From a virus, in IMG/VR virus record IMGVR_UViG_3300028176_000002, positions 1 to 64,000 of that record: a DNA stretch of 64,000 nt. One strand, 5' to 3'. Shown here one piece after another: positions 28,205-38,287 of the stretch. The position numbers and the translations under genes are program-made. The notes under the pieces are model-generated. The model did no database searches. It worked only from the letters and a program-made list of their open reading frames with translations, and was not told the DNA's origin. Positions within the stretch are counted from its first letter, which is position 1, and the number at the start of each line of letters is the position of its first letter.

Positions 28205-29683
28205 ATGGCTGGTATAAATAAATGTCCATATTGTTATAGAAAATTGAATCCGAATACATGGAAGAACGACCCCATATTAAATCCTAACGGTTCGGATTAT
28301 GATTGGACGGATTCTACTCATTTATTTAAAGTTATCGAAGAAAAAGATAAATTATATAAAGGTTATCAGCAGATTCGAGCAGAAGATATAATTGAATTAC
28401 AGACCGCATTAATTGCATTAGAAACTGCAATTTTATCCCCTGCAAATTACACCATTTTCTCTCCAGTCGTAGTTAATGGAAAATTCCAAATTACAGGTAA
28501 ACAATTAAAAGAAATGAGAGATTCAGTAGAGGGATTATTATTTTCTCAAGGTTTAACAAAAATAGAATATTTTAATTATGACGAAGAAGGAGAACATATA
28601 ATTCATCCTTTAGGGGATAAACAGGAATGGACAGACCCTATAACATTAGTAACTGATTTAGAAAAATTTCAGGTAAGATACATACATATTGAAGAGTTAA
28701 GGCATTTTATTACTTCAATATGGGAAGATTTTACTAAGGTAGGTATTGATTCTGCTAGTGCTGTTGCAGCATCAAGCACAGATATTCATACTTTTACGTT
28801 ACAGAAAAAACAATTATGGGTTGGAACTGCTTCTTCAGGTCATGAATTATATGACCATTATCAATCTAATGGCAGTGCTAACATAGCTATAGGAAATACT
28901 ACTATTGGTAATGCTGCTGGTGCTGCTATTCAAAATCCAGAGCATGTAGGAGTAAGTGTTTATTCCTCTGCGGTTGCCTCTAGCGGTGGAGTAGCTGCAC
29001 AAATACCACAGATAATGATAGGTGGAGTAGGTACTTTAGATATGAGTTATCCTATAACTAAAACAATATACAATCCTACTACTAAAACTAATGATTTGTA
29101 TCATTTATTTGTTAAAGCAGATTGTAGCGTATCTATGAGTGCTAGTGGAGATTATTCTAAAGGAACTGCTGGAGATGTATTTTTGGCTTATGGCAGTAAA
29201 TCTAATCCTCCAATCGAAGTAACTCAATGGAACGCTGCTCCTAAAAATGAACCAAATACATCAGCAGTAGCTCAGGCTTACGTATTATTAAATATACCTG
29301 TAAGATTTGATATGGGGAGTGGAGTATATATATCTTTATCACAAGATGTTTATCATAATTGCAGTACACCTGCAGGATATCCAGTATTATTAAATAATTT
29401 TGACATAGATTTAGCAGTTGCTATGAATAACATTTTTGGAATTATGACTGGTTATGTTAGCGGATTTGGAGTTGGTGCATATGTGAGTGGTAGTGCAAAT
29501 AATTGGGACCAAAAGACTGCGGATGCTCATTGGGTAGATGACCCTTTGATTCCTGACCCTGATGCAGTGATTTGGTATGGACCTTTTAACCCTACAGGGG
29601 GATATACCTCGGCAAGTGCTTCTTTTACTATAGACAATATTAATTTTTATTTTAAATTTATATCGGCAACACCAGTTCCTTAA
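28205..29683 (+). CDS. Putative tail fibre / receptor-binding protein
   Basis: Three QIxxxxIxELRxxI-type repeats, then Ser/Ala/Gly-rich beta C-terminus; last late gene. Confidence 0.6.
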   Translation: MAGINKCPYCYRKLNPNTWKNDPILNPNGSDYDWTDSTHLFKVIEEKDKLYKGYQQIRAEDIIELQTALIALETAILSPANYTIFSPVVVNGKFQITGKQLKEMRDSVEGLLFSQGLTKIEYFNYDEEGEHIIHPLGDKQEWTDPITLVTDLEKFQVRYIHIEELRHFITSIWEDFTKVGIDSASAVAASSTDIHTFTLQKKQLWVGTASSGHELYDHYQSNGSANIAIGNTTIGNAAGAAIQNPEHVGVSVYSSAVASSGGVAAQIPQIMIGGVGTLDMSYPITKTIYNPTTKTNDLYHLFVKADCSVSMSASGDYSKGTAGDVFLAYGSKSNPPIEVTQWNAAPKNEPNTSAVAQAYVLLNIPVRFDMGSGVYISLSQDVYHNCSTPAGYPVLLNNFDIDLAVAMNNIFGIMTGYVSGFGVGAYVSGSANNWDQKTADAHWVDDPLIPDPDAVIWYGPFNPTGGYTSASASFTIDNINFYFKFISATPVP

Positions 29684-30368
29684 TTTTTAAACGAAGATTA
29701 TCTTGGTCGGCAATTTCGGGGGACAATAACTCGTAGAATCTCTGGTAAGATATTTTTTCAAAACAATCTATATTGCTTTCAGGGGACACATTATAAATCT
29801 TTAATGTGTCCTTTTTTATTAATTTATTAAAATCGTTGTTCGGATTATGATTTTCATAATAACCTACATAACCTATTCCCCTATGATTAATATTATTATA
29901 ATAATGGGTCGGCACCTCTGTCTTTGGATTATAATTTGGGTCCCTCTCAGGCAGTCCCTTTCTTCGAGTCCAGTCGAAGCCTAATAGGTAGACCGTTCCG
30001 GTCTCCATTAGCTTCTCCGCTAACTTCAAAGCGAAAACTCCTGTTAAGTTTTCCTTTTCAGATTTATTTAACAAAATCGTATTATTTAATTTAAATTCCT
30101 CCACTCCATTATGATTTATGCCAATTATTAGAGGCAACTGCCGAAGTTTATCATAACAATCCGGGTTAGGTAGTTTACCGGTATCGTCTGGCTTAGGATG
30201 GTAGAAATCCCGGTCATTGAAGCACAAAAACGTGCCTGGAAACGTCTTAAAGGCGTAGTTGGTCAATATAGTGAACTTAGTGGCACACAGTGGCTGTAGT
30301 AGCGAAATTTGTGGCTTAATTGATGCTCCGCCACCTATAATGATGCATTCATTAGGCATATTACTCAT
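29658..30368 (-). CDS. Maf/DUF115-like (sialyltransferase-like fold) transferase
   Basis: CIIIGGGASI...TN.AF...CFND...TGVFAL..A...VYLLGFD...HYY...IYNVSP. Confidence 0.7.
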   Translation of the reverse strand: MSNMPNECIIIGGGASIKPQISLLQPLCATKFTILTNYAFKTFPGTFLCFNDRDFYHPKPDDTGKLPNPDCYDKLRQLPLIIGINHNGVEEFKLNNTILLNKSEKENLTGVFALKLAEKLMETGTVYLLGFDWTRRKGLPERDPNYNPKTEVPTHYYNNINHRGIGYVGYYENHNPNNDFNKLIKKDTLKIYNVSPESNIDCFEKISYQRFYELLSPEIADQDNLRLKIKELVLPI

Positions 30369-30612
30369 TCTTTACTCCCGGTTGTTGACACCACTTGCAT
30401 CCGTTCTTAAATAAGAATTCTTTATTAGGTATTTCACGTTCACAAAAAGGACATAATAATTTAGGTTCATGATAATAGCAGTCTGCACATGCAGACCAGA
30501 TAGTGCAGCAATCAGTATCTTCATTTTTACAGAGATTATGATTCCTGCATCTATTTAATCTCATTTTTTTATTAATTTCTTCCATCATGTTATCGTAATT
30601 GGATTTAGGCAT
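30361..30612 (-). CDS. Cys-rich small protein
   Basis: Multiple CxxC motifs, translationally coupled. Confidence 0.6.
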   Translation of the reverse strand: MPKSNYDNMMEEINKKMRLNRCRNHNLCKNEDTDCCTIWSACADCYYHEPKLLCPFCEREIPNKEFLFKNGCKWCQQPGVKNE

Positions 30613-31472
30613 TATACTCCTAACTTTTTTAAAATAGCATTAAATACTTCATCTACTGTAATAGCAGACATGCATGGATGTGGTTCTGTAGGACACGGAT
30701 TTTGTGTTGTTTTAGATAAATTATTATAAATTTTATTGCAGGGTGAACATTTTAAAGGTTTCCAGATATTAATATTATGCCCGTAACCGAATACGCCCGG
30801 ATGAGTAGAACCCCATAATATAACTGAAGGCGTATAGGGCAATAATGCAGTTGCATGATTAGAAAAACTATCTATACCTAAATGTAATGTTGCTTTTTTA
30901 ATTAATTGAATACATTCCGTAACACTTAATTTATTCCGCATATCAATAGTTCCGTTTAATTTCATATCACTTTTTCCTATTTGAACTATGGCGTAATCTG
31001 TCCGCCCGAGTGAACAAAATCGGTCTATTACTCCCTGCCAATTTTGAATATCCCAATCTTTATAAGGAGACCATCCAGAATTACAATGTATAGTTATTAC
31101 TTTCCTTTCAGAATTCATTAATACATTAAATTCTTTATTTTCCGTCGGAAGAAATTCAGGATAAAATCCATAATTATAAAAGTGGTCATCTAATCCTAAT
31201 TCTTTACCAAAATACCACGTTAAATGTTTAACTAAAGGTTTAGATGTATAACCGTATAGATTTTGTGCTCCAGGGGTCTTAATATCGAAATCAGCACTAC
31301 TTTTTACTTCATCTACCGCAGGACAAATAATAGGTAAATCTTTCCAACTTGGGTCGCAATAATAGATAATCTTATCATTAGGATTAAGTTTTTTATACTT
31401 ATCAATTGCCATAAGGGTCATGATTATATCACCCAGGGCTCCAGGACGATTTAAATGCAATGTTTTACTCAC
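30612..31472 (-). CDS. GT9 (heptosyltransferase-like) glycosyltransferase
   Basis: RPGALGDIIM...YKDW...LGIDSFSNHATA...ILWGSTHP...CSPC...CM..ITVDEV; GTG start at 31472 after AGGAGG. Confidence 0.85.
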   Translation of the reverse strand: MSKTLHLNRPGALGDIIMTLMAIDKYKKLNPNDKIIYYCDPSWKDLPIICPAVDEVKSSADFDIKTPGAQNLYGYTSKPLVKHLTWYFGKELGLDDHFYNYGFYPEFLPTENKEFNVLMNSERKVITIHCNSGWSPYKDWDIQNWQGVIDRFCSLGRTDYAIVQIGKSDMKLNGTIDMRNKLSVTECIQLIKKATLHLGIDSFSNHATALLPYTPSVILWGSTHPGVFGYGHNINIWKPLKCSPCNKIYNNLSKTTQNPCPTEPHPCMSAITVDEVFNAILKKLGV

Positions 31473-32151
31473 GTTCAATTGCCTCCTGACAAAAGGTAAG
31501 TACGAAATATATTGTTGATTTAATTTCCTTAAAGTTCGTAGTCGAAGAAAAAAGTCTGAATTCAAGCGTCTCGTAATCAGTTTTAGGTAAATGCGAAATG
31601 TTCAATGACCTGTATTTTTCGTCAAGTGAAGAATAACCACTAAAAGAATAACCATTATGATTACGATATTGATGTATTACTTTTTCGGTCAATTTATAAT
31701 CTTTTTTAGGTAAAAATTTACATGTTTCTGAAAGTCTCTCTTTAGATACATTAAATCTTTTGGCAATATACTTTTGACGATGAACCCATTCACGAATAAT
31801 GTTTAATACCGCTTTATCTGATAAATTTTTAACATTAATATGTAGGTGTAACCCGCACGATGGTAATGCTTTAGCCTTATATACTCGGCATAATGCTAAT
31901 ATTTCTTTTATTTGCATCAAAGAGTCTTCATTATAGAATAGATGGTTTGATTTCTCAGGCGAAAGTTCAATACCATTTTTTAATGAACCATCTGACTTAA
32001 TTTCCCATCCTTTAAGAGTTTTCCCCCGGTCAATTAACTTATCCGCATCAGTCTTAGCCGGAAGTTCGAACTCAAATTCTGGGGAATAACGGATTCTAGT
32101 AATATCCGTAAGTTTTATTTCTTCTTTTTTAACTCGTTTTATTTTCTTCAT
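31465..32151 (-). CDS. Putative amidoligase (COOH-NH2 ligase family)
   Basis: EFEF...W.IKSDGSL..GIELSP...SCGLHLHI...KYRSLN...TLEFRLF. Confidence 0.85.
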   Translation of the reverse strand: MKKIKRVKKEEIKLTDITRIRYSPEFEFELPAKTDADKLIDRGKTLKGWEIKSDGSLKNGIELSPEKSNHLFYNEDSLMQIKEILALCRVYKAKALPSCGLHLHINVKNLSDKAVLNIIREWVHRQKYIAKRFNVSKERLSETCKFLPKKDYKLTEKVIHQYRNHNGYSFSGYSSLDEKYRSLNISHLPKTDYETLEFRLFSSTTNFKEIKSTIYFVLTFCQEAIERE

Positions 32152-32285
32152 TTATCCTCCACCAAGCAAAACGTCGTTTATCTTTATCAGATTTATTAAT
32201 AAATGGTATAAATCTAATGCAGATAATATAACCTTCTGATTTAAAATACCAATATAATTTCTTCTCATACCAAACAGTAAACATT

Positions 32286-32444
32286 TTACTCCTTATCAGG
32301 AACTTTTTTAATCTCCCAATGGTGTTTCTGATATGAAACATCTTCGCATATTATTAATACATCGTCTGTTCCTAATTCTTTTGATACAAATCCCTGTTTA
32401 ATTATTCCGGCATCTTTAAAATAAACCATCTGACCCATTCTCAT
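32286..32444 (-). CDS. Small hypothetical protein (52 aa)
   Basis: MRMGQMVYFKD...KVPDKE; AAAGGT SD; fills gap. Confidence 0.5.
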   Translation of the reverse strand: MRMGQMVYFKDAGIIKQGFVSKELGTDDVLIICEDVSYQKHHWEIKKVPDKE

Positions 32445-32456
32445 GAGTACCTTTCT

Positions 32457-33206
32457 CTATTTATCATAGATTATCCATCCGTTAATATTTAATTTTTTTC
32501 TAAGTAATTTTAAATAATCACCTAATCTTTTTCTATATTCTTTATATTCATCCCCACCAGCAGCATTATTCTTTTTAAATTTAATAGAATTAGTCCAAAA
32601 TACTTTAACATTACGTTTCTGTAATTCTAAAAACGCTAATTCATGTTCTCCTAGTTTAAATTCCACATCCCATAAGTCTGTGATGCTATTAGTTTTAGCT
32701 AAAAATATGTTCATACATATATCTACTTTTTGGAAAGATAAGTTATTAGAAATCATATAATCCTCAGATTTCTTAAAATGAATTCCTTTATTATCAACAT
32801 ACATATAAAAATTCCATGGAGCTTTGGCATTCTCTAATTCAAATCCAACTACACCATAATTAGATTCAGAATTTAAGAAATCTATAATAGGTTCAAAATT
32901 ATATTTTTCAGTAAACTGAATTGAATCAGAAGAAACTAAACAATAATCATATCCCAATTCTTTAGCCTTATTAACCAAGAAATTTCTAGCATAACTAAGT
33001 CCGCAATCAAAAGGAAGATAATATACTTCACAGGGAATCTGGGATTTAAAATAATCATATGTTATAATCTTTTCATCCGTTTGATATCCCTGGTCTGCAA
33101 TTAAAACTATACACTCTTCTGTATAATTATCTACAATAGATTGTACCGTTTTGTACAATGCGTAATCTCTTAAAAATGTGGTTATAAGTATTGCTACTTT
33201 ATTCAC
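32457..33206 (-). CDS. GT-A glycosyltransferase, B4GALNT/GT12-like
   Basis: ITTFLRD...IADQG...LPFDCGLSYARNFLV...DICMNIFLAKT...WD..FKLGEH. Confidence 0.8.
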   Translation of the reverse strand: MNKVAILITTFLRDYALYKTVQSIVDNYTEECIVLIADQGYQTDEKIITYDYFKSQIPCEVYYLPFDCGLSYARNFLVNKAKELGYDYCLVSSDSIQFTEKYNFEPIIDFLNSESNYGVVGFELENAKAPWNFYMYVDNKGIHFKKSEDYMISNNLSFQKVDICMNIFLAKTNSITDLWDVEFKLGEHELAFLELQKRNVKVFWTNSIKFKKNNAAGGDEYKEYRKRLGDYLKLLRKKLNINGWIIYDK

Positions 33207-33371
33207 TAATCCTCCAAGTTTACTTCAATAATCGAGGCATTCCAGTAACTGTTTCCCATTAATGGGGTATTTGTTCTTTTGCAACATGTTTCTGCCTTCT
33301 TTTTTGAGAGAAATGCTTTTGCAATATGGTGAAAATTTTCTCCTGAATTATATACCACTAAATACACTATT

Positions 33372-35312
33372 TTACCCATTTTTTAATTCCTCCCAGGTCT
33401 GTTTAAATGTTTTTTCTAAATAAGCAACTACAGGTATAGGAACATTAATATTTAAATCATAAAGTTTAGCGGGTTTAATGATACGTTTTGGCTCTACTTT
33501 AATATTAAGCAATTCTTTGCAGTATTCAAATGTTTTTAGAATCAATTCTTTTTCATTTAGAGTAGAAACACCTATATACAGTTTATCGGAAACTATGTCT
33601 TTTTTGGTAACTGCTTCTAAGCAAGAGTAATTCAATAACCAGAAAACAATAGAATTTTTATTTAGATAATTAATAATCTTAATAATAATTTCCTTCTGCT
33701 CTATATTTATTTTATTAACTTTATTGTATTCTACTGTTTCGAGTTTTTGAATTTTAATTTCAGGGGGTTTTGGTGTATTAGAATCTAAAGGTAAATAAGT
33801 AACTGGAGTTATAGTGTTTGCTGTTTTTTCTAATTGATATAATGAACTCTTATTAAACGTATAAAAATCAGCGACATTCCAATATACTTTTAGATAATCT
33901 AACTCTTTTTTTCTTGTCCTTAATGCATTATAAGTAGGATTTTTATTATCATGAACGTGTTTAATTTCTGTTTCAGGACAGAACCCAACAGTATAATTAG
34001 TTTTTGTTTTAACTAACAAATATACATGCGTATGTTCTATTGTTTTAACATTGTCATCAAAAATATTTGGTACTTCTCTTTTCCACATGGTAAAATCAGA
34101 TACTATATTTGCTCTAAGAAATTTAGTTCCTTTGCTAGTAAATTCCCATTTAGCTAGATTTTTTTCGATTAAATAGTCTAGGGGGAAGTAACAAATTTTA
34201 TTATCTGCTCTATTTAAAAAATATGAATAAGAACCTGTAGTAGCGTATCCTTCTAAGTTTCCACCCACTATACCCAAAGCTGGGTTTTCTTCCAGTATTT
34301 CTCTAAGTTTATATAAGTTAGTCTTATAAGTAGCCTGGAAATCATCTTCCATATATACTAGATACTTTTCTTTACATAATTCTTTTAAAATTCTTCTAGT
34401 TTTACTAATTCCGCTATCATACGGTATATATTTAATTGTATGACCGAGTTTAGTTAATTTAGCATATAATTTATCCTTTTTTTCGGAATGTTCCCCCTGG
34501 TCAACAATATACATTTTAAATTCCTGTAGATGCAATAGTATGGAGTCTATTAATCTAAAAAGAGATTCATCTCTTAAAAATGTAGAGATTCCGAGTCCAA
34601 TATCTTTATTTCTACTACTTTTAATTAAATTTATACCTAGATATTTAATTTTCCAATCAATATCTGACATTTCTTTTCCAGTTACCTTTTCCAGACCGTC
34701 ATCTACGTTTTCTCTAACATAGAAAATATCAGGATAAAATACAAAATTAAATTTTGCTTGTTTAACTCGAATCCAAAATTCCCAGTCTTCATATGGTATA
34801 TTTTTATATCCCTTAACTTTTGACCATACGGATTTTTTTAATAGACTGGAACCTGTTAAACGGTTATAATTAACCAAATCTTCTAATGTAAAAGTTTCAT
34901 GACCCCAATCAAATGTTTTATTATGAAGGTTAGATTTTAAATTTTTTAGTGTAATTTTATAATTAATTACGTCTGCTTCTGGATGTTTCGCTATATGTTT
35001 TTTTAAACTTTCCAGTGGATTTTTTGTATAGTAATCATCGTCATCTAGGAACGTAATCCATTCAGATGTACAGTTCTTTATTCCTGTATTCCGTGCTTCT
35101 CCAAGACCTCTATTCGAGCCATGCTCAATATATTTTATTTTTGGATAACAAGAAAGTATATTTTTAATATAATCAGTATGTTCTTTATCAGAACCATCAT
35201 TGACGAGTATTACTTCATCAAATTCTACGAAATATACAGAATCTAAGGCTCGTTTTAACCATGCAGTTCTATTATAGGTAGGTATAATTAAACTAATCGT
35301 AGGGTTATACAT
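33372..35312 (-). CDS. Multidomain glycosyltransferase: GT2, B4GALNT-like GT, degenerate LicD-like C-terminus
   Basis: IIPTYNR..VNDGS..ARNTG..FLDDDD..EDWEFW; STFLRD..VDQG..PYDSGIS..MEDDF..EH; FWLL...VP..YLEKTF; start at MYNPT after GAGGG. Confidence 0.85.
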   Translation of the reverse strand: MYNPTISLIIPTYNRTAWLKRALDSVYFVEFDEVILVNDGSDKEHTDYIKNILSCYPKIKYIEHGSNRGLGEARNTGIKNCTSEWITFLDDDDYYTKNPLESLKKHIAKHPEADVINYKITLKNLKSNLHNKTFDWGHETFTLEDLVNYNRLTGSSLLKKSVWSKVKGYKNIPYEDWEFWIRVKQAKFNFVFYPDIFYVRENVDDGLEKVTGKEMSDIDWKIKYLGINLIKSSRNKDIGLGISTFLRDESLFRLIDSILLHLQEFKMYIVDQGEHSEKKDKLYAKLTKLGHTIKYIPYDSGISKTRRILKELCKEKYLVYMEDDFQATYKTNLYKLREILEENPALGIVGGNLEGYATTGSYSYFLNRADNKICYFPLDYLIEKNLAKWEFTSKGTKFLRANIVSDFTMWKREVPNIFDDNVKTIEHTHVYLLVKTKTNYTVGFCPETEIKHVHDNKNPTYNALRTRKKELDYLKVYWNVADFYTFNKSSLYQLEKTANTITPVTYLPLDSNTPKPPEIKIQKLETVEYNKVNKINIEQKEIIIKIINYLNKNSIVFWLLNYSCLEAVTKKDIVSDKLYIGVSTLNEKELILKTFEYCKELLNIKVEPKRIIKPAKLYDLNINVPIPVVAYLEKTFKQTWEELKNG

Positions 35313-37212
35313 TTTCCCTCCGATTTTCTTTATAATTAATAATAGCACTCTCTCCGAGTGTATACCCTTTTTCAATACCGTATTTTTCGTATATAAAATT
35401 ATAATACATTCTTTTTCTCATTTCACGGTATTTTTCATCATCTACTGGATGCTGGTGTTCAATTAAAACATCTGGAATAAACGCTATTTTAACATTGCTA
35501 TTTAATTTTATATTTAAGAAAAAATCCATGTGTTCAGAATGTATTTTATGTTTGATATCCCAGGGATTATTTTTTAAGACTTCAGTTTTAGCTAAAAAGA
35601 AGTTATAAATGATGTCGCATATACCATATTTTATTTGATTTATCTGGTGAGGTTCTATAGTTTTATTATCTACTAATTTATTCCACTCTATCGAAAGTAA
35701 AATTTTATCTAGTATGAACAAAAATTTCTCATAAGATTTTACTTGACCTTCTTGCCACAATCTTCCGCCCACTATTCCAATATCTTTATTAGCTGAAAAA
35801 ACCTCCATCATATTATATATATTCGTGTTACGTGTTAGAATAAAATCATCTTCTAATAATAAAGTATACTGCGTTTTTACCTGCTTAACTAACTCATTTC
35901 GGGCATAACTTAGTCCACAGTCTTCTGGTAGTTGTAAAACAGTAACGTTTTCATGTGTTATATTTATAGGTTCTTTATTTTGACTTCCTATAATTAGAGG
36001 AATATCTGGGTATAAATTACAGAAGGATTTAACTAACCTATCTAATGACTTTTCTCTATTTAAAGTAGTAACTACTGCAGTAATTGCAGAATAAGTGTTA
36101 TCTGTATTAGAAAACTGTGTAAATTCCCAACCTGGATTAGGTATTCTCCAACTTTCGCCATATAAATAGGCTAAATATTTTTCTGACTCATTTGGCACTC
36201 TAAATTTAGTTCCTAAGAAATCGATATATTTTAGAGGAACTATTAAATCTAGCGGAACTTTCATTCTCCATTCTTCATTCCAGTGTTTATGTATTCTATT
36301 GGGTTTATAAGAATAACAGTATGAATATTTTTCATCTGAAGTATGAAAAAATAAATCTACGTGTGGATGATTAGTATTTCCTTTATATACCGCCAATTCC
36401 TTATCCCACTGATATTTATATTTAAAATCTGACTTATCCAAAATTTCCTTTACCTTCCATCTATCGTTTATATCCAAACTTATATCAATATCGTTTGGGT
36501 CGTGTGCTATAAAATCTTTATCTCTCACTGCACCTAATAGAGTACCTGTTTGTAACCAGAATTGAATACCATTAAAATCTAGAAGAGATTTTAAATCTAA
36601 TAGCAATTCTTTTTGTGTGAATATTTTGTTGGTAGGGACACTTCTAACTCCATTAAAATATTGGTATAACTGTTTGTTTGGTACTGCGGGTTTATACGAT
36701 AATGGAGTTATCCATTTTTTCCCATATAGCACTTCTAGCATTTTCTCTGGATTCTTAGGTATATTAAATATTTCTCCCTTTAATTCTATTTGTTTAAAGG
36801 GCAGTATATCTTCTTTATTTAATTCCCCATTAATATGATAAAAAGTATAGAATTTATCATCTTCTCCAATCCAACCGTGCCATCCGTCAAACCAATTCTT
36901 TTCAACAAAATAATGGTTTTGTCCTAAAAAATGTAAATCTCCGCATAACCGTTTTTCGTTATGAAATTTATTATCAATATCAATTATCTGTTTTTTTACT
37001 TCTTCTTTAATATTTACAGTATGAAAAATAATAATATCAAAATCATTGTCAGATAAGATTAAATCTCTTTCTCGCATAGCACCAAGAAGAGTACCGCCAT
37101 ATAAGAGAATATCATACCCCATTTTCTTAAAATCGGTTTCTAATGTTTTAAGTTTTTTAATTGCTGAATCTTTATCTTCTTCGGTCCAATCTCTAAAAAA
37201 TGGGTAACTCAT
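35305..37212 (-). CDS. LicD-LicD-GT fusion (two fukutin/LicD domains plus B4GALNT-like GT)
   Basis: GGTLLGAMRE..DNDFDI; GTLLGAVRD..DPNDIDI; two F.xP....L..LYG..W..P ends; LPEDCGLSYARN..LLEDDF..YNFFLAKT..EHMDFF. Confidence 0.9.
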   Translation of the reverse strand: MSYPFFRDWTEEDKDSAIKKLKTLETDFKKMGYDILLYGGTLLGAMRERDLILSDNDFDIIIFHTVNIKEEVKKQIIDIDNKFHNEKRLCGDLHFLGQNHYFVEKNWFDGWHGWIGEDDKFYTFYHINGELNKEDILPFKQIELKGEIFNIPKNPEKMLEVLYGKKWITPLSYKPAVPNKQLYQYFNGVRSVPTNKIFTQKELLLDLKSLLDFNGIQFWLQTGTLLGAVRDKDFIAHDPNDIDISLDINDRWKVKEILDKSDFKYKYQWDKELAVYKGNTNHPHVDLFFHTSDEKYSYCYSYKPNRIHKHWNEEWRMKVPLDLIVPLKYIDFLGTKFRVPNESEKYLAYLYGESWRIPNPGWEFTQFSNTDNTYSAITAVVTTLNREKSLDRLVKSFCNLYPDIPLIIGSQNKEPINITHENVTVLQLPEDCGLSYARNELVKQVKTQYTLLLEDDFILTRNTNIYNMMEVFSANKDIGIVGGRLWQEGQVKSYEKFLFILDKILLSIEWNKLVDNKTIEPHQINQIKYGICDIIYNFFLAKTEVLKNNPWDIKHKIHSEHMDFFLNIKLNSNVKIAFIPDVLIEHQHPVDDEKYREMRKRMYYNFIYEKYGIEKGYTLGESAIINYKENRRENV

Positions 37213-37715
37213 TAATTACTCCTCTTTGCTTGCGATTTAATAATACGCACCGCACTGTTAATAATCTTTTCTTTAATTTTAGAAGATGATAATCGCTTAG
37301 TATAAGGGATAAAAGCAATCTTATTATTATCTCTAAGCCAATTTATGCCGGGATTATCTTTTCGATTCTTCCAATCATCTCCTACAACGAATAAATCCGC
37401 TTTCAATTGGATAAATTGTTCAATATCTACTAATTTAGTTTGCTTAACAACCTTATCCACTATCTTTAATTCTTTAATAATAGCAGTCCTATCTTTATAG
37501 CAGATTATAGGACGCATGCCTTTATGCTGTAAAATGAGGGAATCTGTAGAAACCCCTACAATCAGATAGGTTCCCATTGCCTTAGCTTGTTTAAGGACAT
37601 TGATATGCCCAAAATGAAGTAAATCGAATGAGCCGGCAGTGAATATTACTTTAATTTTTGATGACATTTTACGCATAGTGTAATTCCCCAGATAATGTTC
37701 CACATTAATTTGCAA
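37212..37715 (-). CDS. Glycerol-3-phosphate (polyol-phosphate) cytidylyltransferase, TagD-like (true start probably 37676 or 37667)
   Basis: GSFDLLHFGH (HxGH), LIVGVSTD, GDDW, RLSSSKIK. Confidence 0.9.
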   Translation of the reverse strand: MQINVEHYLGNYTMRKMSSKIKVIFTAGSFDLLHFGHINVLKQAKAMGTYLIVGVSTDSLILQHKGMRPIICYKDRTAIIKELKIVDKVVKQTKLVDIEQFIQLKADLFVVGDDWKNRKDNPGINWLRDNNKIAFIPYTKRLSSSKIKEKIINSAVRIIKSQAKRSN

Positions 37716-38287
37716 CTTCTAATGTCAATAATGGATTTTAATTGATACATTTCTATTATACAAACAACTGGTATTTTATGATGAGCATTTATATTGCCTT
37801 TTGCACCACATACTTGGCAAGTATAATCATCTCGTTTAAACACCCTATTTCTCCAATTCTTATATTTTAACGAAGCGTAAACCAACAAATTTAAAGTTGT
37901 TCTTCCACCTTTCCAATTCGGATTTTTATTTCCACTTATGTCATTATTTTTATAATATAATTTTTTATTACAGCTTTTACAACGTAAACTAATCCCTTTA
38001 CCTAATTTCTTTTCACAATCAAGACAAAATTCTACTTTGCAATATTTTCCATGTTTAAAACTTGGAGCAGATGTACCATTTTTACCAAACATAGGATTAT
38101 TTACTCCAGCCATTTCTTTGCTCCGTTTTTCTTTTTGCTTTTTACTAAACCTGAATCCAAACATAGGATTTCCTGTTCCCGCCAACGTCTTATAATAACA
38201 TTCACGACATAATTTATTACTGTTATAATGAGCAGTTTTAGATAGTTTTTTATCGCATCGAAGACAGTAGACTGATTTAATCATCAA
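37646..38287 (-). CDS. HNH endonuclease with zinc-finger and NUMOD3 repeats
   Basis: GNPMFG x2, NPNWKGG, WRNRVFKRDDYTCQVC..AHHK...GITLCVKCH. Confidence 0.9.
   Translation of the reverse strand: MMIKSVYCLRCDKKLSKTAHYNSNKLCRECYYKTLAGTGNPMFGFRFSKKQKEKRSKEMAGVNNPMFGKNGTSAPSFKHGKYCKVEFCLDCEKKLGKGISLRCKSCNKKLYYKNNDISGNKNPNWKGGRTTLNLLVYASLKYKNWRNRVFKRDDYTCQVCGAKGNINAHHKIPVVCIIEMYQLKSIIDIRSCKLMWNIIWGITLCVKCHQKLK

Noticed and set aside
24461-29683. Diversity-generating retroelement targeting tail genes
   Set aside because: No reverse transcriptase and no TR/VR repeat pair seen in the window
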